Of a DNA stretch of 64,000 nucleotides, positions 52,285 through 62,650 are shown in pieces. Both the position numbers and the translations under genes were made by a program. Source of the stretch: an uncultured candidate division Zixibacteria bacterium (lineage in GTDB: Bacteria; Zixibacteria; MSB-5A5; UBA10806); NCBI GenBank assembly GCA_963801605.1, contig CAWDFP010000006.1, positions 1,024,001 to 1,088,000 on the forward strand, in the 5' to 3' direction. The notes below the pieces were generated by a model. That model had not been told where the DNA came from, searched no databases, and saw only the letters and a program-made list of their open reading frames with translations. How positions within the stretch are numbered: position 1 is the first letter of the stretch; each line of letters begins with the position of its first letter.

Positions 52285-53385
52285 ATGGCTATGCTGCAAC
52301 TTGGAATATTAGGCTTGCCTCTTTCCGGCAAGACAACCGTGTTTAACGCTCTTTCCGGTTCTCATGCCGCGGTGGGCGATTATTCCACATCAAAATCGGC
52401 CAATTTGGCCGTGGTCAAGGTCCCCGATCCGCGATTAGACCGTCTGGTGGAAATATTTCAACCCAAAAAGATCACTCATACAGAGATCGAATATATCGAT
52501 ATCGCCGGCCTGACTCGGGATGCCTCCTCATCAGACAAGAAAAAGGAGGCCGCATACGTGCATTCGCTTCGGCAAACCGACGCTCTTCTTCAGGTAGTAC
52601 GGTGTTTTGAAAATCCCAACGTACCCCATCCCGACGGTTCCATTGATCCCCGCCGCGATATCGCCGAGGTAGACTCAGAGCTTATCCTCGCCGATCTCAT
52701 CGTGGTGGAAAACAGAATCTCCAAGCTTGAGCATCTGATTAAGGTCACCAAAAAGGATCAGGATGTGGTCCACTTGCAGATTCTCCAAAGATGTAAGGAA
52801 ACGCTGGAGCAGGGATTACCACTGCGAATTATTGATTTTACGTCCGATGAAAAAAAGGCGATCGGCGGCTATCGATTTTTAAGCCAGAAACCGATGCTGT
52901 ATCTGCTCAATCTCGATGAGAAACAATGCAGTGACGGGGTGCGCTGGGAAGAAGAATATTCATTTGTTACAACGAATCCTCAAAGCTCGCTTTCGCATAT
53001 CTGCGCCCTGCTGCAAATGGAAATAGCCGGGCTCGACGAGGCTGATCGCGCCGAGTTCATGAAGGACCTGGGGCTTAAGGAACTGGCCTCAGAGACAGTT
53101 ATTAAAAAGTCATTTGATTTGCTGGGATTAATCGTCTTCCTGACCGGAGGAGCTCCCGAAGTACATTCCTGGCCGATACGAAAAGGTATCAATGCCCAGC
53201 TGGCAGCGGGGGAGATTCACTCCGATATTCAAAAAGGGTTTATCAAAGCCGAGGTGGTTTCGTTCGCCGATCTCGACCGGTTGGGAAGCTGGTCTCGTGC
53301 CCGCGACGAGGGCAAACTCAAACTTCAGGGCAAGGAATATATCGTGCAGGATGGCGATGTGATGCTGTTCAGGTTTAATGTTTGA
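52285..53385 (+). CDS. ychF: Ribosome-binding ATPase YchF
   Basis: 'GLPLSGKTT', 'VPDPRL', 'DIAGL', 'IHSD..GFI.AEV', 'YIVQDGD..FRFNV'. Confidence 0.95.
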   Translation: MAMLQLGILGLPLSGKTTVFNALSGSHAAVGDYSTSKSANLAVVKVPDPRLDRLVEIFQPKKITHTEIEYIDIAGLTRDASSSDKKKEAAYVHSLRQTDALLQVVRCFENPNVPHPDGSIDPRRDIAEVDSELILADLIVVENRISKLEHLIKVTKKDQDVVHLQILQRCKETLEQGLPLRIIDFTSDEKKAIGGYRFLSQKPMLYLLNLDEKQCSDGVRWEEEYSFVTTNPQSSLSHICALLQMEIAGLDEADRAEFMKDLGLKELASETVIKKSFDLLGLIVFLTGGAPEVHSWPIRKGINAQLAAGEIHSDIQKGFIKAEVVSFADLDRLGSWSRARDEGKLKLQGKEYIVQDGDVMLFRFNV

Positions 53386-53499
53386 AATCGAAACCATAAG
53401 CTTAACTCAGGTAATTTTTGCATTGCCAATGAATAACAGTTTAGGTTATATTTTTACATTCAAAGATGTTAATATTATTTTCGGGAGCCTATCTAAGAT

Positions 53500-53805
53500 A
53501 TGATTGAAGAGGGCAAGATTCGATTCAGAACCTTTATTCTGGAGATTAAGAAACGGCCCATTCCCAACAGCTACCTGCTATCTTTTTCGGGTGGCACCGA
53601 AATCGATTCCAGCGGCTGGGAAACCCCGGCAGGCGATCGCAAGAAATTCGAAGGGGATTTCAAATTTATGTGGAACCCGCTTGATGCCCCCTCGAACAAA
53701 AAGGGCGAATATATAGTTAGATTTTCAGCGGATGATAAAATAAAGAAATTTGAGTCGTGGTTTGAAAGTCAAATAAAACAGTACGGCGGCGTACTCGATA
53801 AGTAA
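53500..53805 (+). CDS. Hypothetical protein upstream of lon
   Basis: 101-aa ORF with GGGAG RBS filling the intergenic gap. Confidence 0.7.
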   Translation: MIEEGKIRFRTFILEIKKRPIPNSYLLSFSGGTEIDSSGWETPAGDRKKFEGDFKFMWNPLDAPSNKKGEYIVRFSADDKIKKFESWFESQIKQYGGVLDK

Positions 53806-53849
53806 TTAAACGAACAAAATCTGACAACGGAAAATATTGGGGAGGTGCA

Positions 53850-56304
53850 GTGGTAGACGGAGCAGCAAAACAGGATAGCGCCGGTTCGACCATCCTGGAT
53901 AAAGATAAAATAGCGGCAACTGCCCTGGCGGTTCTACCTATTAAATCGGCGGTGGTTTATCCCTCGCTTGTCATGCCTTTGATGATATCCGAGGCCCGGT
54001 ATGCCAAGCTCATCGATGATTCTCTTATGGCAGGTGAGCCGATTGTATTGGTCACCCAAAAAGACGCTGACCAGGATTTTCCCGGCCCGGAGGGCTTGTA
54101 TACTGTCGGTACAGTTGGGGCTATTCTAAAAATGTTGAGATTTCCCGACAGCTCTGTTCGGTTTCTGGTTCAGGGTTTGGCTCGGGCTCAAATTTTAGAA
54201 TACACCGAAACTGAACCATATCTTAAGGCCAAGGTTAAGCCGATAGACGAAGTTGTCACCACATCTGTGGAAATGGAAGCCCTGGTTCGAAATATACTCG
54301 AACAACTAAAGCATGTGGTCCAATTGGCGCCTTATCTGCCCGATGATCTACAGGTTTCGGCTATGAATACCGAGGATCCCTCCAAACTGGCAGATCTTAT
54401 CGCCTCCAATCTCAATCTTTCGACTACTCAAAAGCAGGAGATTCTCGAAATTTTCGATGTCGCGGAAAGACTTCGCAAGCTCACCACGCTAATTGCCAAA
54501 GAGATCGAAGTTCTGGAAATGTCGCGCAAGATTCAATCTGAAGCTGCCAGCGAAATGGGAAAGTCTCAAAGAGAGTATATCCTGCGTGAGCAATTAAAGG
54601 CTATTCAACGGGAGCTTGGCGAAACTGACGAGCGCACGGTCGAACTTGAGGATTTTCGGCAAAAGATTGAGGCTGCCAAGATGCCCGCCGAGGCCAAAGA
54701 GGCCGCCGAAAAGGAACTCGATAGACTCTCCAAGATGAACCCATCGGCTGCCGAATACACTGTTAGCCGCACTTATCTCGATTGGCTGGTATCGCTTCCC
54801 TGGGCGATTGCGACTCAGGATATCATTGATATAAAAGAGGCAGAGAAGATTCTCGATGAGGATCACTACGACCTGGAAAAGGTTAAAGAACGCATTCTGG
54901 AATACCTGGCAGTGAGGAAGCTTAAAAATCAGCTCAAGGGACCAATTCTCTGTTTCCTGGGGCCTCCCGGAGTTGGCAAAACTTCGTTGGGCCGATCAAT
55001 AGCTCGCGCCATGGGCCGTAAATTTCAACGGCTCTCGTTGGGCGGCGTGCGCGATGAAGCCGAGATTAGAGGCCATCGACGAACTTATATCGGCGCCTTG
55101 CCCGGTCGTGTTATTCAGGGGCTTCGAAAAGCCGGCTCCAACAACCCGGTTTTTATCCTCGATGAGGTCGATAAAATGGGTCAGGATTTCAGAGGTGACC
55201 CGGCCTCGGCCCTTCTCGAAGTACTTGATCCCGAGCAGAACAATTCATTTTCCGATCACTACCTCGATGTGACTTTTGATCTCTCAAGCGTGCTGTTTAT
55301 TACTACGGCTAATTTAATTGAGACCATTCCGCCGGTGCTGTTGGATCGTATGGAAGTTATTCAGCTCACAGGCTATACCGATATGGAGAAAGCTGGCTAT
55401 CGCCAAAAAATACCTTATACCCAGAAATTTAAGCGATCACGGCCTTAGCACTGAGCATTTAAAATTCACCGATGCCGCGATTCAAAAAGTTATCAACGAC
55501 TATACACGCGAATCTGGTTTGCGCAATCTCAATCGTGAAATAGGTAATGTCTGCCGTAAAGTGGCACGTAAGGTAGCCTCCGGCGAAGCCAGCGATATCA
55601 AGGTTGATCCCAATAAAGTCAGGGAGTTTCTTGGTCCGGAAAAGTTCTATCAGGAAGTTGCCGAACGAACTTCGCATGTTGGAGTAGTCCCCGCTCTTGC
55701 CTGGACATCCTCAGGCGGTGAAATACTTTTTGTCGAGGCTACCAAGATGCCCGGCAAGAAGGGGTTGATACTTACCGGCCAGTTGGGTGATGTTATGAAG
55801 GAATCGGTCAAGGCCGCACTATCGTATCTGCAATCGCATCAGCAGCAACTTGGCATACCTAATACGGTTTTTGAAAATCACGATTTTCATATTCACGTGC
55901 CGGCGGGAGCGACTCCCAAAGATGGCCCCTCGGCAGGCATCACGATGTGCACGGCGCTGGCATCGGTGCTTACCAATCGAGCGGTAAAACCGGAATTGGC
56001 CATGACAGGCGAGATTACTCTTCGGGGCGATGTTCTACCTATTGGAGGAATCAAACAAAAGGCTCTGGCAGCCTATCGGGCAGGGATCAAGAAAATCATC
56101 ATGCCCAAACGCAATCTCAGTGATCTCGAAGAGGTTCCCAAGGAAATCAAAGACAAGATTGAGTTTATCCCGGTGGAACGGGTTAGTGAGGTTCTCTGGC
56201 ACGCTCTGGGTATTAGAATGAAAGATGACGGCGCTCCCGTGATTAAAAAGATGGCCAAACGCCCCCCGGCTTTAAAAGAGCGAAAGAAAAAAGCGTCCAG
56301 GTAA
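53850..56304 (+). CDS. lon: ATP-dependent protease La (indel near 55390)
   Basis: LON N-domain, 'GPPGVGKTS', 'HRRTYIGA', 'LDEVDK', catalytic 'KDGPSAG' and 'GGIKQK'. Confidence 0.96.
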
Positions 56305-56326
56305 TAATTATTGTAATGGAATATTT

Positions 56327-56357
56327 AGGGCGTCCGAAAATAAACGGGCGCCTTTTT
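56327..56357 (+). terminator. lon terminator
   Basis: gggcgtccg..cgggcgcc followed by T5. Confidence 0.7.
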
Positions 56358-56409
56358 CTAATTATTGTTCGCGCCGTTGGTACACCGAATCGACCTAAAT
56401 TCTCTAAAT

Positions 56410-56437
56410 AAAAAAGGCCGGGCGATTTTGCCCAGCC
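56410..56437 (-). terminator. Terminator of the minus-strand operon
   Basis: A6 followed by ggccgggc..gcccagcc. Confidence 0.65.
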
Positions 56438-56462
56438 GCGTTAAATACCATAAAATCGTATA

Positions 56463-56885
56463 TCAATCCCCCGGAATAATCTCATAGTCGTAAGTGATTT
56501 CAGCGCCGGCTCTTAGCATAGCTGAAACTGAACAATATTTCGTTTCGGAAAGCTCAATCGCGGTCTTCAATTTGCTCTCATCGATATTATTACCTTTGAT
56601 GATATACTTGATATGAATCGTCTTCCACGATTTCGGGTGCTGTTCACGTGCCTCACCATCGACCAATATTTCCAACGAGTCAAACTTCACACGCATCTTC
56701 TTTAGTATCGAAACAACATCGATTCCGGTGCAACCACCTAATGCCACCAATGTTAATTCGCCGGGGCGAACCGCGACATTATCGCCGCCCGCTTCAGGTG
56801 GGCCGTCAAGTAGAATGCTGTGCCCCGAGGGCGCGTCTCCCACGAATTTCAGATTTTCGACCCATTTTACCCGCGCTCTTTTCAT
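56463..56885 (-). CDS. OsmC family protein
   Basis: 'RP.EL...LGGCTG.DV..IL.KMR' and 'KYCSV'. Confidence 0.9.
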   Translation of the reverse strand: MKRARVKWVENLKFVGDAPSGHSILLDGPPEAGGDNVAVRPGELTLVALGGCTGIDVVSILKKMRVKFDSLEILVDGEAREQHPKSWKTIHIKYIIKGNNIDESKLKTAIELSETKYCSVSAMLRAGAEITYDYEIIPGD

Positions 56886-56911
56886 ATTTTCACTCCAATT
56901 ATTACCTGCCC

Positions 56912-57685
56912 TTAAATTTTCAATGCCATAGCGTCCGACGCCAGACTCAGGTTCGATATGCCGAATTTCCCAGCCAGTTGAACGATCTTATCCGGCTCCC
57001 GATATATTTTGTCAGTAAGATGTGTTAGTACAAGCTGTTTTACATTGTTTGTGGCAACATCCGCGAAAAGTTTTTCCAAATCAAGATGCATCCCCTCAGT
57101 GATAAGCAGATCGCACTCGTCCAATAAATCGGAGTAATCATCCGACGATCCGATATCGCCCGAGTAGATCATCTTCTTATTTTCGGTTATAACTACAAAC
57201 GAATACGATTGCAGTTTATTGGGATATTTCCCATTTTCAATAAACCGCCTGTAATTGTCCAGATGGCTATTAGAGCGGGCATATATAGTTACATTCTCAT
57301 CGCGGAAGATCGGATCGGGCTCTATGGCGCGTATGGGAATTTCGAAACCCATCTTCTCTTCAAATAGATAAGTTGCCTGCATGAATTGTTCGACTGCTTC
57401 TTTAGCTTCTGCGGGGAGGTAAATCGGCAATGGCTCCTTGCGCCCGGCAAGGTACATCATCTGAATTTCCAGGAAAATACCGGTGATATGATCCGGATGA
57501 GTATGGGATATGAAAACGCCGCTTATCTTCGAGTGATCGATTTTTTGCCTTTTCAAAGCTGCAGAGCAGCCCTCACCGGCGTCAAACTGATAAAGCTTGC
57601 CTCCGGTGCGGAGCAGAAATGAGGAGTTGGCCCGTTCCGGCGAGGGGTCACCCGATGCGCTGCCGAGAATAATTATATCAGCCAT
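56912..57685 (-). CDS. Metallo-beta-lactamase fold hydrolase (RNase Z-like)
   Basis: 'ILGS', 'FDAGEG', 'SHTHPDH', 'YSGD', 'LTH'. Confidence 0.85.
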   Translation of the reverse strand: MADIIILGSASGDPSPERANSSFLLRTGGKLYQFDAGEGCSAALKRQKIDHSKISGVFISHTHPDHITGIFLEIQMMYLAGRKEPLPIYLPAEAKEAVEQFMQATYLFEEKMGFEIPIRAIEPDPIFRDENVTIYARSNSHLDNYRRFIENGKYPNKLQSYSFVVITENKKMIYSGDIGSSDDYSDLLDECDLLITEGMHLDLEKLFADVATNNVKQLVLTHLTDKIYREPDKIVQLAGKFGISNLSLASDAMALKI

Positions 57686-57698
57686 CTCATGCCGCTTC

Positions 57699-58619
57699 TT
57701 ATGGATTAACCTTAAAATAGGCCACGGTTCTCTCGAGCCCCTGTTCGATTGTCACCGATGGCATCCATCCCAAAAATTTCTTAATTTTTTCCGATGAAAT
57801 GCAGCTCCGCCTTTGCTCGCCGGGTTTTGGAGGAAGATTAATCCGGGGCTGGGTTGATTTGGTAAATGTTTTAATTTTATCATATATCGTATTGATATCA
57901 GTTTCGATTCCGGTACCGATATTAAAGGCCATCGAGCTTTCGAAATTCATGGCCAGGAGATTCGCTTTGACCACATCATCAACATAAACAAAATCGCGTG
58001 TCTGGCCCCCATCGCCGTTAACAAAAGTTTTCTCTCCAGTGAGAAGCTTTTTGCAGAAAATAGCAACCACACCAGCCTCGCCCTCGGAGTTTTGCCTGGG
58101 TCCGTAGACATTGGCATAACGAAGGCATATATAAGAAAGACCATGCTGGAAATTGTAAAAGAATAAATATTTTTCAAATGCCAGTTTGGAGACCCCATAC
58201 GGACTGACCGGATTGGCCGCATGGCTTTCAGTAGCCGGAAACTCTTCCTGTTCGCCATAAATTGCTCCGCCGGTAGAGGAGAATATCACTTTCTTGACTT
58301 TGTGTTTCACCGCCGCCTGAAGCAAGTTCAGTCCTCCGACAATATTGGTCCGAGCGTCAAAGGCGGGGTCCGCGACCGATTTTCTTACATCCATCTGGGC
58401 CGCCAAATGAAAAATTGTATGGAATTGCCCTTGTTCGAAAACCTTATCTATTTCGGGGCTGGCGATATCGAGTTCAAAAAACTTCGCCTGCGATGGCATA
58501 TTTGATCGTTTACCGCTAGAGAGGTTGTCGATAATCGTGACCTGATGGCCTTTCTCAACTAAAGCGTCTGCTATGTTGGATCCTATAAAACCCGCACCGC
58601 CGGTTACAAGTACGTTCAT
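57699..58619 (-). CDS. NAD-dependent epimerase/dehydratase (GalE-like)
   Basis: 'TGGAGFIGS', 'STGGAIYG', 'YGVSK', 'NVYGPRQ..GEAGV'. Confidence 0.9.
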   Translation of the reverse strand: MNVLVTGGAGFIGSNIADALVEKGHQVTIIDNLSSGKRSNMPSQAKFFELDIASPEIDKVFEQGQFHTIFHLAAQMDVRKSVADPAFDARTNIVGGLNLLQAAVKHKVKKVIFSSTGGAIYGEQEEFPATESHAANPVSPYGVSKLAFEKYLFFYNFQHGLSYICLRYANVYGPRQNSEGEAGVVAIFCKKLLTGEKTFVNGDGGQTRDFVYVDDVVKANLLAMNFESSMAFNIGTGIETDINTIYDKIKTFTKSTQPRINLPPKPGEQRRSCISSEKIKKFLGWMPSVTIEQGLERTVAYFKVNP

Positions 58620-58656
58620 TTACTGCCTTTATTTAATGGTTATAATTTTCGATCGT

Positions 58657-60354
58657 TTAGTAATCCCGCTTCTTCATCGATAGAAATCCTAATCTAAGCG
58701 GGATAATGGTGGTTGTCAAATTCAAAATCGCCATCATAATCAGAGATATCGTTACTTCGAATTTGGGAAATGGGATAGTAGGGTCAATCTTGTAAATCGA
58801 ATAACGTTGAGCCGGTATAGCGGCAATCACCACCATCAGGCCGACATAAATCAGGCTTAATACCGTAGTCAGCATCCCGCCTACCGAAGATGCGATTTTT
58901 CCGGGATTGCGTTCCTCGAATCGGGGATAGATCGCCCCCATGCCAACCGATAGACTAACAAGGGAAACTGACATCAAGAGCACTGAGAAAAAAGTAAGCA
59001 CCATGAGCAGTCCGCGCAGACCCAGCATGATATTAGAAACCAGAGCCAAAACCTCCGAGATAAGCAGGAAAATTATAAATGCCGACCAAAACTTTTCCCA
59101 AAAAACCCGCGACATGGGCATAGGGGAAGCTGCAATTGCCCAAAACGATCTGCCCTCAAGGCTAATATTGGGAAAGACAAAACGTACTGATAGTGTGGCT
59201 AATATAAATCCTGAGAACGCGAAATTGGTAAAACCGATAAATGTTTTCCAATATGAATCTTTTACCTCAGTTGGGAAATATTTCAAGTTTACCAAATATA
59301 TGAGAAGGAGAACCAAGAGTACCGTGAACTGCGCCCATTGAGCCGGCTCTCGGGCAAACAATTTAAGGTCTTTAGAAAGAACCGCCCGAAAATCGGCAGG
59401 CAGCCAATCAGGCAAACGGAAAAATGGCGGTGAACTTCTGGGCCTGAATACTTTGGGTTGAAGAGAACCATGATATTCCAGTGACGCTAACCAGCTTCGA
59501 TAGTAAAACTTATCGGCCAATAAGAAAATAACATTCAAAGCCATAATGGCCGTCGCTACCAGGGCCAGCATATATATAAACAGGGAACTCCTGGCCCCGA
59601 TGGATATTAATCGCAAAGATTCCGATACCCAAAAGCTCGGGAGAAAGGCAAATGATGTTGCCCCCATCGAACTCAAATAGCGGTTAAGTATTCGCCAGTC
59701 GGAGATCACATTTATTGCCAGCGAAGTCGGCTGACCAAATTTGAAATATAAAGCAACAGCCAATATTAGTAGCGAACCCATACCGAGAATGAGAGTTTTC
59801 GGACTGATATAATGTGACGCTAAGAACATGAAAATCGAAAGGCCCACTCCAATACAGCCGGGAATCAGCACAAACGGAATCAGTACACAAAATAACTCGA
59901 AAATATATTCCCAGAATACGAAGCCCCGCGCCATTCCATAAGCGATAACAACCGGCATACCCAAAAGGAGCACTGCCCAGGTGGAAAAAATCATATTGTC
60001 GATAAATTTAACTGTAAAAACCTGCCTATAGGTGGCCGGAGTTGAAAGCAGGAAGGCAGTCTCAGGCGATCTATAAAGAGTTGAAATGGAAGTCACCAGA
60101 TTTGATATAATCAGCATTATAAAAATTGCCAGGAAACCAAGGGAGATAATTTTATTCATCAGGAGAAACCCGATATCCATCAGGCCGGCCAGATATTCAA
60201 AGACTCTGTGGAAAAAGAAAAGACTGCCCGAAAAAAAGCAGGCCATAACAAATAATCCCACCAGCCCTTTTATGACTCGTTCGCTGTTTAAGTCCCTGAA
60301 ATAGGACCTGATAGCCAGAGTCTTATAATGCAGTATGTGTAGAGTTCTACTCAG
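58657..60354 (-). CDS. Putative ABC exporter permease (multi-TM)
   Basis: About 14 TM helices, 'KDLKLFAR.P.QW.Q', 'FP.ISLEG..FW'. The frame stays open upstream of GTG 60261 to a CTG at 60354 that overlaps the ATPase stop. Confidence 0.8.
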   Translation of the reverse strand: MSRTLHILHYKTLAIRSYFRDLNSERVIKGLVGLFVMACFFSGSLFFFHRVFEYLAGLMDIGFLLMNKIISLGFLAIFIMLIISNLVTSISTLYRSPETAFLLSTPATYRQVFTVKFIDNMIFSTWAVLLLGMPVVIAYGMARGFVFWEYIFELFCVLIPFVLIPGCIGVGLSIFMFLASHYISPKTLILGMGSLLILAVALYFKFGQPTSLAINVISDWRILNRYLSSMGATSFAFLPSFWVSESLRLISIGARSSLFIYMLALVATAIMALNVIFLLADKFYYRSWLASLEYHGSLQPKVFRPRSSPPFFRLPDWLPADFRAVLSKDLKLFAREPAQWAQFTVLLVLLLIYLVNLKYFPTEVKDSYWKTFIGFTNFAFSGFILATLSVRFVFPNISLEGRSFWAIAASPMPMSRVFWEKFWSAFIIFLLISEVLALVSNIMLGLRGLLMVLTFFSVLLMSVSLVSLSVGMGAIYPRFEERNPGKIASSVGGMLTTVLSLIYVGLMVVIAAIPAQRYSIYKIDPTIPFPKFEVTISLIMMAILNLTTTIIPLRLGFLSMKKRDY

Positions 60355-61108
60355 GTTTCGCGCCGGGCGGCAGATTGGCTGGCCTCGGCCCTCCGGTCAA
60401 GTGCAGGAAGAGGCCTTCGAGATTCTCGCCTCTATCGGCCGCGGTCTTCCTCAGATCGGAAATGCTGCCTTCAAGTATTAGCTTGCCATTATTAACGATT
60501 CCGATCTGGTTGCACAGCTCCTCCGCTACGGTTAGGGTGTGGGTCGATATAAAAACAGTCGTTCCCTGCTGAGCAAATAATTTGAGCATATCCTTTACCA
60601 GGCGCATCGACTGCGGATCAAGACCAACCATCGGCTCATCGATTATAAGGACTTCAGGTTCATGCACGAATGCGGCTCCGAAAATCACCTTTTGGCGCAT
60701 ACCATGTGAGTATTCCTCGCAACGCCGATCGGCCCAACCGTCCATTCCGAATAGTTCGAAAATCCATTCGATTTGAGCTTGAAGCTTATCAGTAGGGAGG
60801 TTGTATAATCCCCCTGTAAATTCCAGGTATTCGCGGGCCGTCAGTTTTTCATATAGATATGGTGAGTCGGGAATATAGCCAATACGCATTTTTGCGGCCT
60901 CCGGTTCTTTAGAGACATCGATACCGCAAATTTTCGTAACACCGTTTTCAGGCTTGATAAGCCCTGTCATAATCTTGATGGTCGTGGTTTTGCCGGCGCC
61001 GTTTGGTCCCAAAAATCCAAAAAACTCTCCCTTACCTATAGTGAGGGATAGATCGTTTACCGCTTGTTTTTTCCCGAACGATTTAGAAATATTAATTAGT
61101 TCTATCAT
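60347..61108 (-). CDS. ABC transporter ATP-binding protein
   Basis: 'GPNGAGKTT', 'YSHGMRQK', 'IIDEP', 'STH'. Confidence 0.95.
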   Translation of the reverse strand: MIELINISKSFGKKQAVNDLSLTIGKGEFFGFLGPNGAGKTTTIKIMTGLIKPENGVTKICGIDVSKEPEAAKMRIGYIPDSPYLYEKLTAREYLEFTGGLYNLPTDKLQAQIEWIFELFGMDGWADRRCEEYSHGMRQKVIFGAAFVHEPEVLIIDEPMVGLDPQSMRLVKDMLKLFAQQGTTVFISTHTLTVAEELCNQIGIVNNGKLILEGSISDLRKTAADRGENLEGLFLHLTGGPRPANLPPGAKPE

Positions 61109-61119
61109 AATGGCTTTCT

Positions 61120-62610
61120 TTATAAATCTTCTGGAGTATTGAGAATCGTGATACTAATCTTTCCAACAACTCGCATAAGCTCGGCCTGACGTTCAAATCC
61201 TCCTTCGAGAAGCTTGATATGGGTGGCATCGGCGCGCTCCTGCCCGAACGTCGGATCGAGAGGAGTCCAGCCCCCTAAATGTACTGCCGGCCAGGCATGA
61301 TAATAAAATACGCCATCCTTATATACAAGGCCGATACACATCTTGGTAGGAACCCCGGCCGCACGTGCCAGCGCCGTGTACAGAGTGGTATGTTCGTTAC
61401 AATCTCCTTTTTTAACGCTGAGAACATCCACTGCCGATGGCAATGAAATGGTGTAATCCTTTTTTAGGGTTTTAAATACCCAGTCGCCAAGTTTTTCCGC
61501 TTTTTTTTCAGGCAAATTTTCATTTCCCACGATTTCCTCTGAAGCTGAAACAATCCTTGGATCAGTTACCTGCAAAAACGGGTCTGACTCTAAAAAAGGC
61601 GCTGTGTTTGTCAATGTTGAAGTATCAATTTTGCCTGTATGGATTTCAATTACCAGTGGATTGGTTGAGATTACTTTCTGGAAATCATCATTTAGATCAA
61701 ATAGGCCGGGATCAACTCCATCAATTTTCAAGCGAAGTGTCTTGATATTTCGCGGATTCTCGATTTTCCCTACGCATGAGACCGCCAGGTTAGCCAGAAG
61801 ATCTTGCCCTGTTGGGATGGCGACCGGCATATCCAGCGCCAAATCCTTAGTGGTAGCTTCCATCACCATACCGCCCGTTTCTTCTTCGCGAAGGACATGT
61901 CCGGTGGAATCAACCCACATTGTACTCGTCATGCCAGAGACGAAAATAGTCATCCGATGGGCTGGGGTTGCCCCGCCCGCCGTTTTTAATTCTTCGGGAA
62001 GACCGATTGTCACCTGTATCTCATTTAAAGCTAAAGAAAAGGGATCGAATGTCGGAAGCGAAAACTCGCCTTGAGGAAAACCGCGCAGGCTGGCCAGTAG
62101 GGGTATTACTCCGGGAAGATAAACTCCCTTGTTTGCGGGAAATGACGTTTCCGAATTACTATTTTGCGATTTTATTCTGATTTGAAGTTGGTTGTTTTTT
62201 ACTTCGCCGAAAACATCAGTGGTATAATCCCCTGAAACCAGCCCGAACGTAAAAGTCTTAATAGAGAAATCCAAATTCAGCACCGCGTATGAATCGAGAT
62301 ATATCTCCTTGATAGTTCCTCCCAGCGGAAGACGAATCAGGGAATAATCTTTGACCACGTACCCCAGAGGAGAATTGGAAAAAGATTGCATGGTATAGCC
62401 GATTTTCCCTCCTCCCATGGTAACATTCATCCAATTCTGAAATTCGCCTTTAATGGGTGCATCTATCGGCACATCGATAAGATCAGTCGATTTTGGCGTA
62501 GCGTAATTCTTATCATAGATTAAAAACATCGATACGCCCCAAATGATCACCGCGACCAGAGTCGAGATTTTTGAGCCTAAGCCTTTTTTGAGCAAGTTTC
62601 CTCCACTCAT
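61120..62610 (-). CDS. Membrane-anchored transglutaminase-like domain protein
   Basis: N-terminal TM helix; Cys-His-Asp triad 'GDCNEH', 'YHAW', 'LDPT'. Confidence 0.88.
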   Translation of the reverse strand: MSGGNLLKKGLGSKISTLVAVIIWGVSMFLIYDKNYATPKSTDLIDVPIDAPIKGEFQNWMNVTMGGGKIGYTMQSFSNSPLGYVVKDYSLIRLPLGGTIKEIYLDSYAVLNLDFSIKTFTFGLVSGDYTTDVFGEVKNNQLQIRIKSQNSNSETSFPANKGVYLPGVIPLLASLRGFPQGEFSLPTFDPFSLALNEIQVTIGLPEELKTAGGATPAHRMTIFVSGMTSTMWVDSTGHVLREEETGGMVMEATTKDLALDMPVAIPTGQDLLANLAVSCVGKIENPRNIKTLRLKIDGVDPGLFDLNDDFQKVISTNPLVIEIHTGKIDTSTLTNTAPFLESDPFLQVTDPRIVSASEEIVGNENLPEKKAEKLGDWVFKTLKKDYTISLPSAVDVLSVKKGDCNEHTTLYTALARAAGVPTKMCIGLVYKDGVFYYHAWPAVHLGGWTPLDPTFGQERADATHIKLLEGGFERQAELMRVVGKISITILNTPEDL

Positions 62611-62650
62611 AATATATCGGCGGCAAGCTCGGTTTTATTGAGCTTGAGGC

